Source: Myxococcota bacterium (lineage in GTDB: Bacteria > Myxococcota > JACRCW01). Taken from it: a DNA stretch of 54,119 nt. How positions within the stretch are numbered: the first letter of the stretch is position 1; the number at the start of each line of letters is the position of its first letter. The stretch is taken from positions 1 through 54,119 of the forward strand of contig JBFMGU010000039.1 of the NCBI GenBank assembly GCA_040752415.1. The letters run 5' to 3'. The notes below the pieces were generated by a model. It made no database searches. It was not told the origin of the DNA and saw only the letters and a program-made list of their open reading frames with translations. This document shows, one piece after another, positions 32,699 to 42,368 of this stretch. The translations under genes were made by a program, and so were the position numbers.

Positions 32699-34318
32699 AT
32701 GCCGCGCACCACCTCGGACTCCACGCCCCCTCCCAACAACGTCGTCTCCCTGACCCCGAGGCCGGCCGGCGCCACCGTGGGCGTCATTGACCTGGGCTCC
32801 AACAGCGTCCGACTCGTCGTGGCCGAGGTGGTGCCCGGGCTCCCGCCCCGCGTGGTGGCGGAAGACCGGGAGCCCGTCCGACTTGGCGAGGGCGTCTTCC
32901 AGACCGGCCTCCTCAACGCCGCCGCCGCCGAGCGGACGCTGCAGGCCATGCGCAGACTGGCCGCCGTGGCCGGCGCGCGCGGCGTGCAGAAGGTCCTGGC
33001 TCGCGGCACCTGCGCGCTGCGGGAAGCGGAAGACCGGGAGCCGTTCCTGCAGCGCATCAAGGAGACCTGCGGCGTGGAGGTGGTGGTGCTCACCGGGCAG
33101 GAGGAGGCCCGCATGATCGCGCGCGGCGTGCTCGGTGGGCTGCCGGACACCGCGGGGGAGGTCGTGGTCGTGGACGTGGGCGGCGGGAGCGTGGAGGTGG
33201 CGCGCGCCATTGAGGGGACCATCACGGACGTGGCCAGCCTGCGCCTGGGCGCGGTGCGCCTCTCCGAGATGTTCCTCCGCTCCGACCCGCCCTCCACCGC
33301 GGAAGTGGACCTGCTGCGCGCCCACGCGCGGGCCAGCGCGCGCAGCGTGCTCACGTTCACGGCGGGGAACAAGGCGCGCATCCTGGGCAGCGCCGGCACC
33401 ATCCACGCGCTGTGGCAGGTGGCACGCGGTGGGAAGGGCGCGCCGGTGGTGACGGTGGACGAGATGGAGCAGGTGGTGCTGAGCCTGGCCAAGCTGCCCC
33501 TGGCCAAGCGCAGGAGCGTGCCGCACCTGGAGCCCAAGCGCGCGGACATCATCGTGGGCGGCGGGCTGGCGCTGCTGGAAGTGGCACGGCACCTCGGCGC
33601 CAGCTCCCTGGAGGTCACCCGACGAGGCCTCAAGGAGGGGCTCCTGATGGAGGCGGTGGAGAGCCTGGGCATGGCCCTCCCCTCCCCCACCGAGCCCGAG
33701 CGTGTCCGCGTGGATGGCGCTTTGGCGTTGGCGCGCCGGTTCGAGGTGGATGAGGGACATGCCAGCCAGGTGGCGGCGTTGGCGTGCAGCCTGTTCGAGG
33801 GGACCCGTGAGCTGCACCGCCTGGGCGACGACGCCCGCAGTGAGCTGGAAGTGGCCGCGCTCCTGCACGACGTGGGTCAGTACATCTCGTTCGACAAGCA
33901 CCACCGACACAGCGCGTACATCATTGCCAACAGCCAGATCCCCGGCTTCTCCGACACGGGCAAGACGCGCCTGGCGTGCATTGCGCGTTATCACCGCAAG
34001 AGCGGTCCCGCGCCGCACCACGAGGAGTGGCAGGAGCTCTCCAAGGAGGATCGCAAGCGCGTGAAGTACCTGGCGGCGCTGCTGCGCGTGGCCGACGCGT
34101 TGGACCGGAGCCATCACCGCCTGGTGCAGCAGCTGAAGGTGGAGCACACCCGGGGCGAGGTGACGGTGCGGATGACCACCACGGCCAACGCGGACATGGA
34201 GCTGTGGGCCGCCAATGAGAAGGCCGACGTGTTCGAGGACGCGTTCGGGATGAAGCTGCGCGTGCAGCTGGATGACGCCACCGACGCACGCACCAAGCGG
34301 GGACGGGCCAAGGCATGA
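32699..34318 (+). CDS. ppx: Ppx/GppA exopolyphosphatase with HD domain
   Basis: IDLGSNSVRL, VRLGEG, GQEEA, DVGGGSVE, RADII, ALLHDVG, LRVADALD. Confidence 0.94.
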   Translation: MPRTTSDSTPPPNNVVSLTPRPAGATVGVIDLGSNSVRLVVAEVVPGLPPRVVAEDREPVRLGEGVFQTGLLNAAAAERTLQAMRRLAAVAGARGVQKVLARGTCALREAEDREPFLQRIKETCGVEVVVLTGQEEARMIARGVLGGLPDTAGEVVVVDVGGGSVEVARAIEGTITDVASLRLGAVRLSEMFLRSDPPSTAEVDLLRAHARASARSVLTFTAGNKARILGSAGTIHALWQVARGGKGAPVVTVDEMEQVVLSLAKLPLAKRRSVPHLEPKRADIIVGGGLALLEVARHLGASSLEVTRRGLKEGLLMEAVESLGMALPSPTEPERVRVDGALALARRFEVDEGHASQVAALACSLFEGTRELHRLGDDARSELEVAALLHDVGQYISFDKHHRHSAYIIANSQIPGFSDTGKTRLACIARYHRKSGPAPHHEEWQELSKEDRKRVKYLAALLRVADALDRSHHRLVQQLKVEHTRGEVTVRMTTTANADMELWAANEKADVFEDAFGMKLRVQLDDATDARTKRGRAKA

Positions 34319-35346
34319 GCACCTGGTGGCTGGCCGCAACGTTGGCGGCGCGCATCATCCACGTCAGCGCCTCCGCGCCCAGCGGCGGGGATGGCAGCGC
34401 GGAGAAGCCGCTCAAGTACGTGGACGTGGCGGTGTCCCAGGCCGCGGAGAAAGACGTCATCAAGCTGGCCGCCGGCACCTACGTGATGCCGAAGACCACC
34501 CTGAAGCTGAGCGCGGAGATGATGCTGGAGGGCGGGTGGGATCCCAGCTTCCAGAAGCGTGACCCCATTGGCACGCCCACGGTGCTGCAGCTGGCGTGGG
34601 GACAGGATCGACCGCTGGTGGAGCTGAACGGCTCCGCCACGCTGGACGGCGTCACGCTCGAGGGCGCCAGCGCGAACAGTTACGGGCGTGCGGGGATGTT
34701 GGAGCCGTCGGTGTCGCGGTGGCCGTCGCTGGTGCGCGTGAACCGCGCGGTCAACGTGAAGGTGCAGAACTGCACGCTGGTGAATTCCGCCGGGCATGCC
34801 GTGAGCGGGTCCATTGCCGGCGCGCTGGAGCTGGCCAACAACGTCATGCTCAACACGCGCGTCTCCGCCGTCAGCGTGTGGGGCGTGCAGCAGGGGGCGC
34901 GCGTGGTCCTCCGTCGGAACACGATTGCGGGCGTGTGGGCCGAGAAGCCCGCGGGAAAGCGTGGTGAGGGCGTGGATATCCAGCAGCACCTCACGGCCAC
35001 GCTGCAGGGCAACATCATCAGCGCCGCGCAGGGCGCGTGCGTGCGCGTGGGCCGGGGGAATGCCACGCCCGTGCTCAAGGGCAACGCGCTGGGGCCGTGC
35101 GCGCGCGGGCAGGTCATGGGGTGGCCGGAGACGGGGGGCGCGGTTGTCGTGAGTGATCGCGCGGTGGAAGAAGCCGTGTGGCTGGATGCGGCGGGGAATA
35201 CGGCGGGTGCGTCGCTGGGGTTGACGGAGAATCCGCTGGCGCCGGCGCCGGATGCGGGCGTGGCACCGTACGCGCCGAAGTACACCGGGGACCCCAGGGC
35301 GCTGCGCTCCGACGGAAACATGGGAGCAGCGGGCTCGGTCCTCTAG
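34315..35346 (+). CDS. Secreted right-handed parallel beta-helix protein (DUF1565/pectin-lyase-like)
   Basis: GDGSAEKPLK..DVIKLAAGTY followed by Asn-rich beta-helix repeats; ATGA overlap with ppx. Confidence 0.75.
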   Translation: MSTWWLAATLAARIIHVSASAPSGGDGSAEKPLKYVDVAVSQAAEKDVIKLAAGTYVMPKTTLKLSAEMMLEGGWDPSFQKRDPIGTPTVLQLAWGQDRPLVELNGSATLDGVTLEGASANSYGRAGMLEPSVSRWPSLVRVNRAVNVKVQNCTLVNSAGHAVSGSIAGALELANNVMLNTRVSAVSVWGVQQGARVVLRRNTIAGVWAEKPAGKRGEGVDIQQHLTATLQGNIISAAQGACVRVGRGNATPVLKGNALGPCARGQVMGWPETGGAVVVSDRAVEEAVWLDAAGNTAGASLGLTENPLAPAPDAGVAPYAPKYTGDPRALRSDGNMGAAGSVL

Positions 35347-35347
35347 G

Positions 35348-35764
35348 TCACTTCTTCTTCGGGCGGTCCACGAGGCGGTACTGGAACTGCAGGCCGGACC
35401 ACACCTCGGTCACGGCGCACACCTTGTTGTCCACCAGCCCCGCGTCCAACCCGACGGCGCGGATCACGTCCTCCGTCAGGTCCGTGGGCAGCTTCGACGC
35501 CTTCTTGGGCCACGAGATCCACAGCCGCCCGTCGGGATGGATGGCCTTGGCGAGCTTGCCGAATTGCGTTTCCAGGTCCGCCTTCCACGGCGTGAAGAAG
35601 AGCACCACGTCGGAGGTCTTGGCGTTGCCGTCTTGCAGCACCGCGCCGTGTGGCAACGCGCCCAGCTCCTTCTCAAAACCCGCCGGCGCCCCCACCAGCC
35701 GCACGCGCGAGAAATCCTTGATGCCCAGCTTCTTCACCAACGGTGTCCCTGAGTAGCCCGCCAT
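35348..35764 (-). CDS. DUF3052 family protein
   Basis: GYSGTPLVKKLGIK, WISWPKKASK..DLTED..GLVDNKVCAV. Confidence 0.9.
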   Translation of the reverse strand: MAGYSGTPLVKKLGIKDFSRVRLVGAPAGFEKELGALPHGAVLQDGNAKTSDVVLFFTPWKADLETQFGKLAKAIHPDGRLWISWPKKASKLPTDLTEDVIRAVGLDAGLVDNKVCAVTEVWSGLQFQYRLVDRPKKK

Positions 35765-35767
35765 CCC

Positions 35768-37462
35768 TCACCTCCGCGGCGCACCATGACGCTGCAACAC
35801 GCCCACCAGCAACACCCGCATCTCCGGGTCCTGCGCGGCCAGCTCCTGCGCGGCAATGGCGTGCGTGAGCGCGTCGCGGCCGTCGGGGAGCATCATGGCC
35901 AGCTGCGCCAGCGCGAAGTGCGCACGCAACGCCGTCAGCCCGCTCTCCGGCGCCGTGGCCAGCACCCTGTGCAGTGACGCGCGCGCCTCGGGAAACTCGC
36001 CCGACTGCATGGCCGCCAGCCCCAGGTCCAGCATGGCCTGCGTGGAAGTGGGGTCGCCGCGGAGCGTGTCGCGGGCGTGCACCAGGGGCGCGGGGTCCAC
36101 GAGCTCCAGGGTGTGGCGGACGCTGTCCAGCAGGGGGGCGCGTCGCGGGGAGGCGTGGGCGCGCGTGGCCAGCGTGAGTGCACAGTGCGTCAGCCCGCGC
36201 TCCCACACGATCAGCCGCGCGTCCACCCACTGCTGCTCCACGCGGTAGCGCAGTCGGACTTCCTGGGCGGGCCAGGAGGTGAGGCCCACCGTGGTGGGAT
36301 GAGGGTCGGACCACTCGAAGTCATGGACCTCACGCGCGGGAGCCTGCGCGGCCAGCTCATCCTGCGCCACCGCCTCCGCCGGACCACGGTTCCCGCGCCA
36401 ACGAGGCCACGCTTGCGCCGCACGCGCGCAGCCCAGCGCCACCTGCGCGTCCAGGCCGTTGTCGAACGCGGTCAGGCCGAAGGCGTCTCGCGTGGCGGTG
36501 AAGCCCTCAGGCACGGGCAGCACCACGCCGGCGTTGGAGGCGCGATAGGGCGTCGTGGGGCGGGGACGGTGGCTGTGTCCCCAGAGCGCGCCCGCGGTGA
36601 TGCCGCTGGCGATGAGCGCGACGATGAGCGCGCCAGGGTCGAGATGGCGCAGCCACGACGTCTCGTGCCAGCGACGCGGCGGCAACACCAGGCCCAAGGC
36701 GAGCCCCGTCAGCAGACCGCCCAGGTGACCGGGATGGTCCACCTCCGGCGTGCGCGCGCCCGTCCACAACGCGAACAGCGCGTAACCCAGCGCGAGGCCG
36801 CCGAACCAGCGCTGATACGGACGCGGGAGCACGTCGCGGAAACGCGTGCCAAACCCGACAAGCGCGCCCAACATCGCGAACACCACGCCGCTCAGCCCCA
36901 CGCTGATGGCGGGACCCAACCACAGGCTCAAGAGCGCGGAACCCAGCGCGCCCCACAAGAGCAGCGCGGCGTGCGCGCTCCGTCGGTAGATGGACTCCAG
37001 CGCGCCGCCCACGGCCATGAGGACCAGCACGTTGAAGCCGAGATGCCAGCGGTCGCGGTGCAGGAGCGCGCCGGTCCACAGGCGCCACACCTCGCCGTCC
37101 AACAGGACGCTGGAGCGGGAGCGCGCGCCAAGCCAGAGGAGCACGTCGCGTTCCGGTGCGCCGCCCGCCACCACTTCCGCGAGCGCGTGCAGGCCCATGC
37201 ACGTCAACGCCACCAGGCCCGAGAGGATGGGCAGGTGGTTCAGCGCAAAGCCGGTGCGGAAGCGCGCGCGGTGCAGCATGTGCTCGCGCGTGGCCAGGGG
37301 ACTGTCGCGGAGGCGCACGTAGCCTTGCGTGAGGCCGGGCACCTGGATCCAGGCGTTGGGGGCCACGTCGCCGGCGCGCAGACGTTCCTCCAGCTCATCC
37401 AGCGAGAGCAGCTCCTCCCCGTTCTCCGTGCGCAGACGACACGCGGTCACGCCCCCCAGCAT
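35768..37462 (-). CDS. Rhomboid intramembrane serine protease with N-terminal GYF_2-like and C-terminal TPR-like domains (start uncertain)
   Basis: WRLWTGALLH..HLGFN, SVGLSG (catalytic Ser), DHPGHLGG (catalytic His); TPR-like C-terminus. Confidence 0.88.
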   Translation of the reverse strand: MLGGVTACRLRTENGEELLSLDELEERLRAGDVAPNAWIQVPGLTQGYVRLRDSPLATREHMLHRARFRTGFALNHLPILSGLVALTCMGLHALAEVVAGGAPERDVLLWLGARSRSSVLLDGEVWRLWTGALLHRDRWHLGFNVLVLMAVGGALESIYRRSAHAALLLWGALGSALLSLWLGPAISVGLSGVVFAMLGALVGFGTRFRDVLPRPYQRWFGGLALGYALFALWTGARTPEVDHPGHLGGLLTGLALGLVLPPRRWHETSWLRHLDPGALIVALIASGITAGALWGHSHRPRPTTPYRASNAGVVLPVPEGFTATRDAFGLTAFDNGLDAQVALGCARAAQAWPRWRGNRGPAEAVAQDELAAQAPAREVHDFEWSDPHPTTVGLTSWPAQEVRLRYRVEQQWVDARLIVWERGLTHCALTLATRAHASPRRAPLLDSVRHTLELVDPAPLVHARDTLRGDPTSTQAMLDLGLAAMQSGEFPEARASLHRVLATAPESGLTALRAHFALAQLAMMLPDGRDALTHAIAAQELAAQDPEMRVLLVGVLQRHGAPRR

Positions 37463-37554
37463 AGCCGCTGTGCATACCCGCCCAACGTCCGATGATGACG
37501 CATTGCCGCGGCCGTGAGCGCAACCTACGGTCACTCCGCGGAGGTGGAGTCACC

Positions 37555-39375
37555 ATGTCGTGTCGACGCGCATTGCCCTGTCTGTTCTCCCTGCTCCTTG
37601 CTGCCTGCAGCCAACCCAACGCCCCCGGCGTGGGCCTGGAAACCCCCGACGCCGGCCCCCTGGGCACCGGTGGCGACGGAGGCCAGAACGGCGTCAATGA
37701 GGACGGCGGGCCGGGCTCCACCAGCTCCAGCAGCTCCGGGGAGGCGTCCAGCAGCAGCACCGCCGCGAGCTCCAGCGGGGGCACCGGGACGTCGTCCACG
37801 GGCGGGTCCACCAGCTCCGCGTCGTCCAGCAGCGGGGGCGGGTCGTCGTCCTCGTCCAGCGGGGGGGCGTCGTCCTCGTCGTCTTCGTCGGGGGGCGGGA
37901 CCGCGTGCCAGAGCTCCCGCGACTGCGAGCTGGGCCAGGTCTGCATCCAGTCCATCTGCGTCCCCGGCTGCGAGTCCGAGAACGACTGCCCCAACAACGA
38001 GATCTGCGACACCGCCACCCTCCCCCACGGCGCCTGCGTGGAGTGCCTGCAGCCCACGGATTGCCCGTTTGACGGCGCGGTGTGCACGGAAGGCCAGTGT
38101 CGCCTCTCCTGCAGCGACCAGGAGCCGTGCCCGCAGCCGCTCACCTGTCGCGACGACGGCATCTGCGTGCGCTGCGTGGAGGACGCGCAGTGCGGCCCCC
38201 AGCGGATCTGCGAGGCGAATGAGTGCGTGGAGGGCTGTCGCAATGACGGCGCGTGTCCGCCGGGCAGCGTGTGCGAGAGCCTGCAGTGCGTGGCGGGATG
38301 TCGCGCGAGCCCCAACTCCTGCCCGCTGGGCAGCATCTGCGACGAGACCCTGGGCGAAGCCGGAGTGTGCGTCAGCGGCTGCGTGGAGGCCTCCGACTGC
38401 GGCGACCCCGCCAACTTCACCTGCGAGAACGGCCAGTGCGTCCAGAGCTGCCTGGGCGACGACAACTGCCCGCAGGGCAGCATCTGCGACCAGGGGACGT
38501 GCGTGGAGGGCTGTCGGCCGCCGAACCGCGGGTGCCCGCGCGGCCAGTACTGCGACGCCTCCGGCAGCGGCCAGGCGGGCCAGTGCCTCACCGGCTGCGA
38601 CTCGAACGAGGACTGCTCGTTCCAGCGCGAGAACATCTGCAACCCGGACACGCACAGCTGCGTGGAGTGCATGGTGACGGAGGACTGCACGTTCGGCGGG
38701 AACGTCCAGAGCACGTGCAACCAGGACAACCTGTGCGAGACCACCTGCGACCCGAACGGCTGGGACTACTGCCAGATCAGCGGCTTCTTCTGCGAGGCCG
38801 ACCCGAACAACCCCGACACCGGCGTCTGCGTGGAATGCGTGGAGGACGCGGACTGCGACGAGTTCGAGCAGTGCAACAACAGCCGCTGCGAGGCGCAGGC
38901 CGGTCGCCCGCTGTGCGCGCCGTGCGAGACGGATGACCAATGCGGGGATGGCAATGACCTGTGCGTGCGCCACGTGGTGTTCGGCCAGGTGGAGAACGTG
39001 TGCGGCGTGGACTGCTCCAACGGCGAGGCATGCCCGGCCGGCACGACCTGCCAGCAGGTGGGCGGCCAGAACGGGCAACCGGTGCGCGGTCAGCAGTGCC
39101 TGCCGTCCAACAGCGTGCACGAGGCCACGTGCTCCGCACGTCGGGACATGATCGACGAGCTGGAGTGCAACCGCTCCAGCGAGTGCGGCATGTTGGGCTT
39201 TGCCAACCAGGGCGGCGACGGGGACGCCATCTGCAGCGGCGCCGGCCTCAGCGAGGGCCACTGCACCGTCTTCTGCGACATGAATGGCAACGACTGCCCT
39301 GAAGGCTTCTTCTGCGAGGACCCGCCCGACCAGGGCAACACCGAGTACCGCCCGCGCTGCTCGCCGCAGCCCTGA
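37555..39375 (+). CDS. Large Cys-rich repeat lipoprotein
   Basis: GGAG RBS; lipobox LLAAC; Ser/Gly linker; many CxxDxxCPxGxIC..CVxG repeats. Confidence 0.88.
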   Translation: MSCRRALPCLFSLLLAACSQPNAPGVGLETPDAGPLGTGGDGGQNGVNEDGGPGSTSSSSSGEASSSSTAASSSGGTGTSSTGGSTSSASSSSGGGSSSSSSGGASSSSSSSGGGTACQSSRDCELGQVCIQSICVPGCESENDCPNNEICDTATLPHGACVECLQPTDCPFDGAVCTEGQCRLSCSDQEPCPQPLTCRDDGICVRCVEDAQCGPQRICEANECVEGCRNDGACPPGSVCESLQCVAGCRASPNSCPLGSICDETLGEAGVCVSGCVEASDCGDPANFTCENGQCVQSCLGDDNCPQGSICDQGTCVEGCRPPNRGCPRGQYCDASGSGQAGQCLTGCDSNEDCSFQRENICNPDTHSCVECMVTEDCTFGGNVQSTCNQDNLCETTCDPNGWDYCQISGFFCEADPNNPDTGVCVECVEDADCDEFEQCNNSRCEAQAGRPLCAPCETDDQCGDGNDLCVRHVVFGQVENVCGVDCSNGEACPAGTTCQQVGGQNGQPVRGQQCLPSNSVHEATCSARRDMIDELECNRSSECGMLGFANQGGDGDAICSGAGLSEGHCTVFCDMNGNDCPEGFFCEDPPDQGNTEYRPRCSPQP

Positions 39376-39421
39376 GCGCCTCAGGAGCTGCGTCAGAACC
39401 GAACCGCAATCCGGCGGGCCC

Positions 39422-39608
39422 CGACCTGGAGTGCGGCGGGCCCTCGCCGCTTTGGTCAGCGTCAAGGGTTTCCTCAACCGCCGAGGGTCCACCCTCCACG
39501 AGACACGCCGCACACCCCCGAGGCCGAGGAGCCCGAGGGTCGTTCGCTCCGTTGGTGAACGCCCTCGGCGCTGGCCAGGGCGGCGCGGGCACGCCGCACT
39601 CCAGGTCG
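39422..39608. repeat. 187-bp imperfect palindrome built from two inverted REP-like units (REPIN-like)
   Basis: CGACCTGGAGTGCGGCG (39422-39438) is the exact reverse complement of 39592-39608; pairing continues for about 55 bp. Confidence 0.85.
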
Positions 39609-39783
39609 TGGTCCACTGGCGCGGTCGAGGACCGGATCCGCTCCTGGGCCGGAGGCGGCCGTGAACCCTTCCGTTCCCAGCTTGGCGCTGTCACCACCGC
39701 GCAGAAGCAGCGTGGGGTGGCGACGTGTGCTTCCCGCCCGTCGCGCGCGGAGATGCCTGTGGGGACGGCGCGGGGATTGGTCG

Positions 39784-39825
39784 AATGAAACCGCCGCGGC
39801 GCCCTCAGGGAGGGAACCGCGGCGG
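39784..39825 (-). terminator. Putative intrinsic terminator of rpsT
   Basis: CCGCCGCGG...CCGCGGCGG stem followed by TTTCATT on the minus strand. Confidence 0.6.
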
Positions 39826-39863
39826 GAACACCCATCACAAGGCGACGAAAGGAGAGCTGGAGC

Positions 39864-40241
39864 TCAGCCCTTCTTGGCCTTGGCCGGAGCGCGACCCTTG
39901 GCAGCACCAGCCTTGGCGCCACCCTTGGTGGCCTTGGCGCTGGGGGCCGCGGTCTTGGTGGGGGCCGGGGCCTTGGCCAGCTCAGCCAAGCGGTTCTGCA
40001 TGAGCGCCAGGCGGCTGATGCGACGCGCCACGGTGCGCTTGTGGAACACGCCCTTCACGCCAGCACGCGCCAGCGCAATCTGGGCGAGCTTGATGGCGTC
40101 CTTCAGCTCCTCGGCGTTGTTGGGGTCCGTGGCGCGGGCCTTCTTCACCGCGGTGCGGACGGCAGACTTCACTCCATGGTTGCGGGCGTTCCGCTTCAGA
40201 GACTGACGGTGCCGCTTCAATGCGCTCTTGTGCTGGGCCAC
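39864..40241 (-). CDS. rpsT: 30S ribosomal protein S20 with Ala/Lys-rich C-terminal extension
   Basis: (M)AQHKSALKRHRQSLKRNARN..KSAVRTAVKK..KGVFHKRTVARRISRL; GTG start after AAGGAG. Confidence 0.96.
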   Translation of the reverse strand: MAQHKSALKRHRQSLKRNARNHGVKSAVRTAVKKARATDPNNAEELKDAIKLAQIALARAGVKGVFHKRTVARRISRLALMQNRLAELAKAPAPTKTAAPSAKATKGGAKAGAAKGRAPAKAKKG

Positions 40242-40306
40242 TTTTCTCACTCCTTCATTGCCGCACCGGCGCCATCTGGGCTGATCGCGGTCCGGCAGGG
40301 TCGGGC

Positions 40307-40335
40307 TTCATAGGGGCGCGGCGGGACGAGGTCAA
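40307..40335 (-). promoter_or_regulatory. sigma70-type promoter of rpsT
   Basis: Minus strand TTGACC-N17-TATGAA, same pattern as the str promoter. Confidence 0.6.
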
Positions 40336-40376
40336 GCGCGGAGAAACGCTTACGCTTGCTTCTCCGCCCGCCACCG

Positions 40377-41057
40377 CTAGCGCCACGCCCGGCTGAGCAG
40401 CTCCAGGTTGGACTCCGCCAGGCGCTCCGGGATGACGGGGATGTTGATGTGCAACGTGATCTCGCCGGTGCTGGCGCGCGCGGTCTGGTCCTCACCCTGC
40501 TCCGCCTTCAGGAGGGCCGGCTCCACGACGACACGTCCGTAGTCGCGCAGGTCCACCGCGGTGAAGGTGAGCCGGAGGGTGAGCCGGCTGCCCATGGGCG
40601 GCGTGGGCTCCGAGTTGGGCGCCAGGAAGCCGGCGGCCCTTCGGGCGAGGAAGTTGAACGGGCCCTCCGCCGGCGGCTGCGTGGCCTCCAACACGCCCGA
40701 GGCCGCCACCGCCGTGGCCGTCAGCTCCGAGATGATGAGCAGATCCCGTGTGCGCACCTGCTGGATCAGATCCTCGAGCTCCGCGGCCCCCAGCGCCTGC
40801 AGGTCCGTGGTCGGGTCAAACGAAGCACCCGAGAGGAACAGCCGCACCTGGCCCTCGGGGCGCTGGTCCACGGTTCCGTCGTCACGGGTGACGAAGCGGT
40901 CATAGACGGCGAAGCCGGTCCCGTTGGGGAAGAACGAGGCGCCGAAGTCGGTGTTGTCCGTGAACCGCCCCTCCGCGCGAATGCTCCCCAGCCCCAGCAC
41001 GCAGCTGTTCAACGACAGCGCCACGAGGACGACGAGCGAGCGGAGGAGGAGGCGCAT
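40377..41057 (-). CDS. Hypothetical lipoprotein (paralog of the upstream gene)
   Basis: Signal with LNSC lipobox-like motif; shared motifs with 41061-41834. Confidence 0.8.
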   Translation of the reverse strand: MRLLLRSLVVLVALSLNSCVLGLGSIRAEGRFTDNTDFGASFFPNGTGFAVYDRFVTRDDGTVDQRPEGQVRLFLSGASFDPTTDLQALGAAELEDLIQQVRTRDLLIISELTATAVAASGVLEATQPPAEGPFNFLARRAAGFLAPNSEPTPPMGSRLTLRLTFTAVDLRDYGRVVVEPALLKAEQGEDQTARASTGEITLHINIPVIPERLAESNLELLSRAWR

Positions 41058-41060
41058 GGG

Positions 41061-41834
41061 TCAGGGCTTGAGGTCGAACAGCGTGTAGAGGTCCATGAGG
41101 TCCAGGTTGGACTCCGCCACCAGCTCCCGCACGACGGTGGCGTTGAGGGTGCCGCTGAGGTTGGCCACCTGGGCGTCGGCGGGGTCACCGTCGGCGCGCT
41201 CCACGGAGAGCGTGATGCTGAGCGTGATCCCGCCGCGCTCATTGAGCGAGACTTCCTGCGGGGTCACCTGCAGCGTCACCCGGCTCCCCAGCGGCCGGTA
41301 CGGCGAGCACAGGAACGAGGGCACCTCCGACGGACACTGGTACGTGGCCAACGGCCCCAGGGTCCCCCGGCGGAAGCGGACGCGCGCGGCAAACCCGGCG
41401 GACGGCGCCACACCCGCGGGCGGCGAGGGATCCTGCGTCCGGTAGAGGTTGTCCTCACTGTCACGACGGATGACCGCCGTGTACTTCACGCCGCGCTCCA
41501 CCGTCCGACGGTCCTCCCACTCCAGGACGATCCAGTCGTTCAGCGCGATCTCGTGCTTCAGCTCGGCGAGGTCGCTGCCGGACAGCCCGCTCTGGTCCTG
41601 CGCGGCGTCAAAGTACGCGTACGTCCCCACGATGAGCAGGCGCGCCGCCGGCCGCGTGGCGAGCTCCGGGGCGGCGGTGATGCTGTCGGACCAGGCGAAC
41701 ACGGTGCCCACCGGCTCATAGAGCGCGCCGTTCACCGTCCCCGCGAAGGGCTGGCTGGGCAACGAGCACGCGCCGCCCGCAAGCAGCGACGCCAGCGCCA
41801 CCATCCATCTCCACCCGCCGCCAGTGACCCGCAT
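41061..41834 (-). CDS. Hypothetical lipoprotein
   Basis: Signal with LAGGAC; shared motifs with 40377-41057. Confidence 0.8.
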   Translation of the reverse strand: MRVTGGGWRWMVALASLLAGGACSLPSQPFAGTVNGALYEPVGTVFAWSDSITAAPELATRPAARLLIVGTYAYFDAAQDQSGLSGSDLAELKHEIALNDWIVLEWEDRRTVERGVKYTAVIRRDSEDNLYRTQDPSPPAGVAPSAGFAARVRFRRGTLGPLATYQCPSEVPSFLCSPYRPLGSRVTLQVTPQEVSLNERGGITLSITLSVERADGDPADAQVANLSGTLNATVVRELVAESNLDLMDLYTLFDLKP

Positions 41835-41936
41835 GCCGCCTCCGTCAAGCGCGTGGACCTGCTAGCAGCCACACCGACGGGGATTCAAGACGCATCGCCC
41901 CGGCCGTTGCGGCATCAGATGGGTTGGAGGTGAGGC

Positions 41937-42365
41937 ATGTCGGGCAGACGGGTGGAGGATGTGGCGGGGAAGCAGGACATCCTGCGCAAGGCCAAGGTGT
42001 TGGCGGTGCTGGGACTGGGGCGGAATCCAGGCCGACCGGCCTACGGCGTGGCGCGGTACCTCCAGCAGCGCGGCTGGCGAATCCTCCCGGTCCACCCCGC
42101 GGGCGGCGAGGTGCTGGGAGAGCGCATCCATCGCTCCCTGGCGGAGCTGCCGGTGCGTCCCGACGTGGTGGACGTGTTCCGCAACCCGGTGCACCTGCCG
42201 GGCATTGTGCGCGACGTGCTGGCCATGCCCGAGGACCTGAAGCCCTGGGCCATCTGGTTCCAGGACGGCGTGGTGGACGAGCAGACCGCGAACGACGCAG
42301 CCGCGTCAGGCCTGTTGGTGGTGATGGATGACTGCACGGCCCGCGTGGCCGGGCGGATGGACTGA
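41937..42365 (+). CDS. CoA-binding protein (YccU-like)
   Basis: LAVLGL..PGRPAYGVARYL, PVHP, DVVDVFR, IWFQDG, VVMDDC. Confidence 0.9.
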   Translation: MSGRRVEDVAGKQDILRKAKVLAVLGLGRNPGRPAYGVARYLQQRGWRILPVHPAGGEVLGERIHRSLAELPVRPDVVDVFRNPVHLPGIVRDVLAMPEDLKPWAIWFQDGVVDEQTANDAAASGLLVVMDDCTARVAGRMD

Positions 42366-42368
42366 CGC

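Noticed and set aside
37720..37900. Repetitive tccagc/tcgtcc tract as a possible array
   Set aside because: Encodes the Ser/Gly linker of the lipoprotein; no repeat-spacer structure, so not CRISPR
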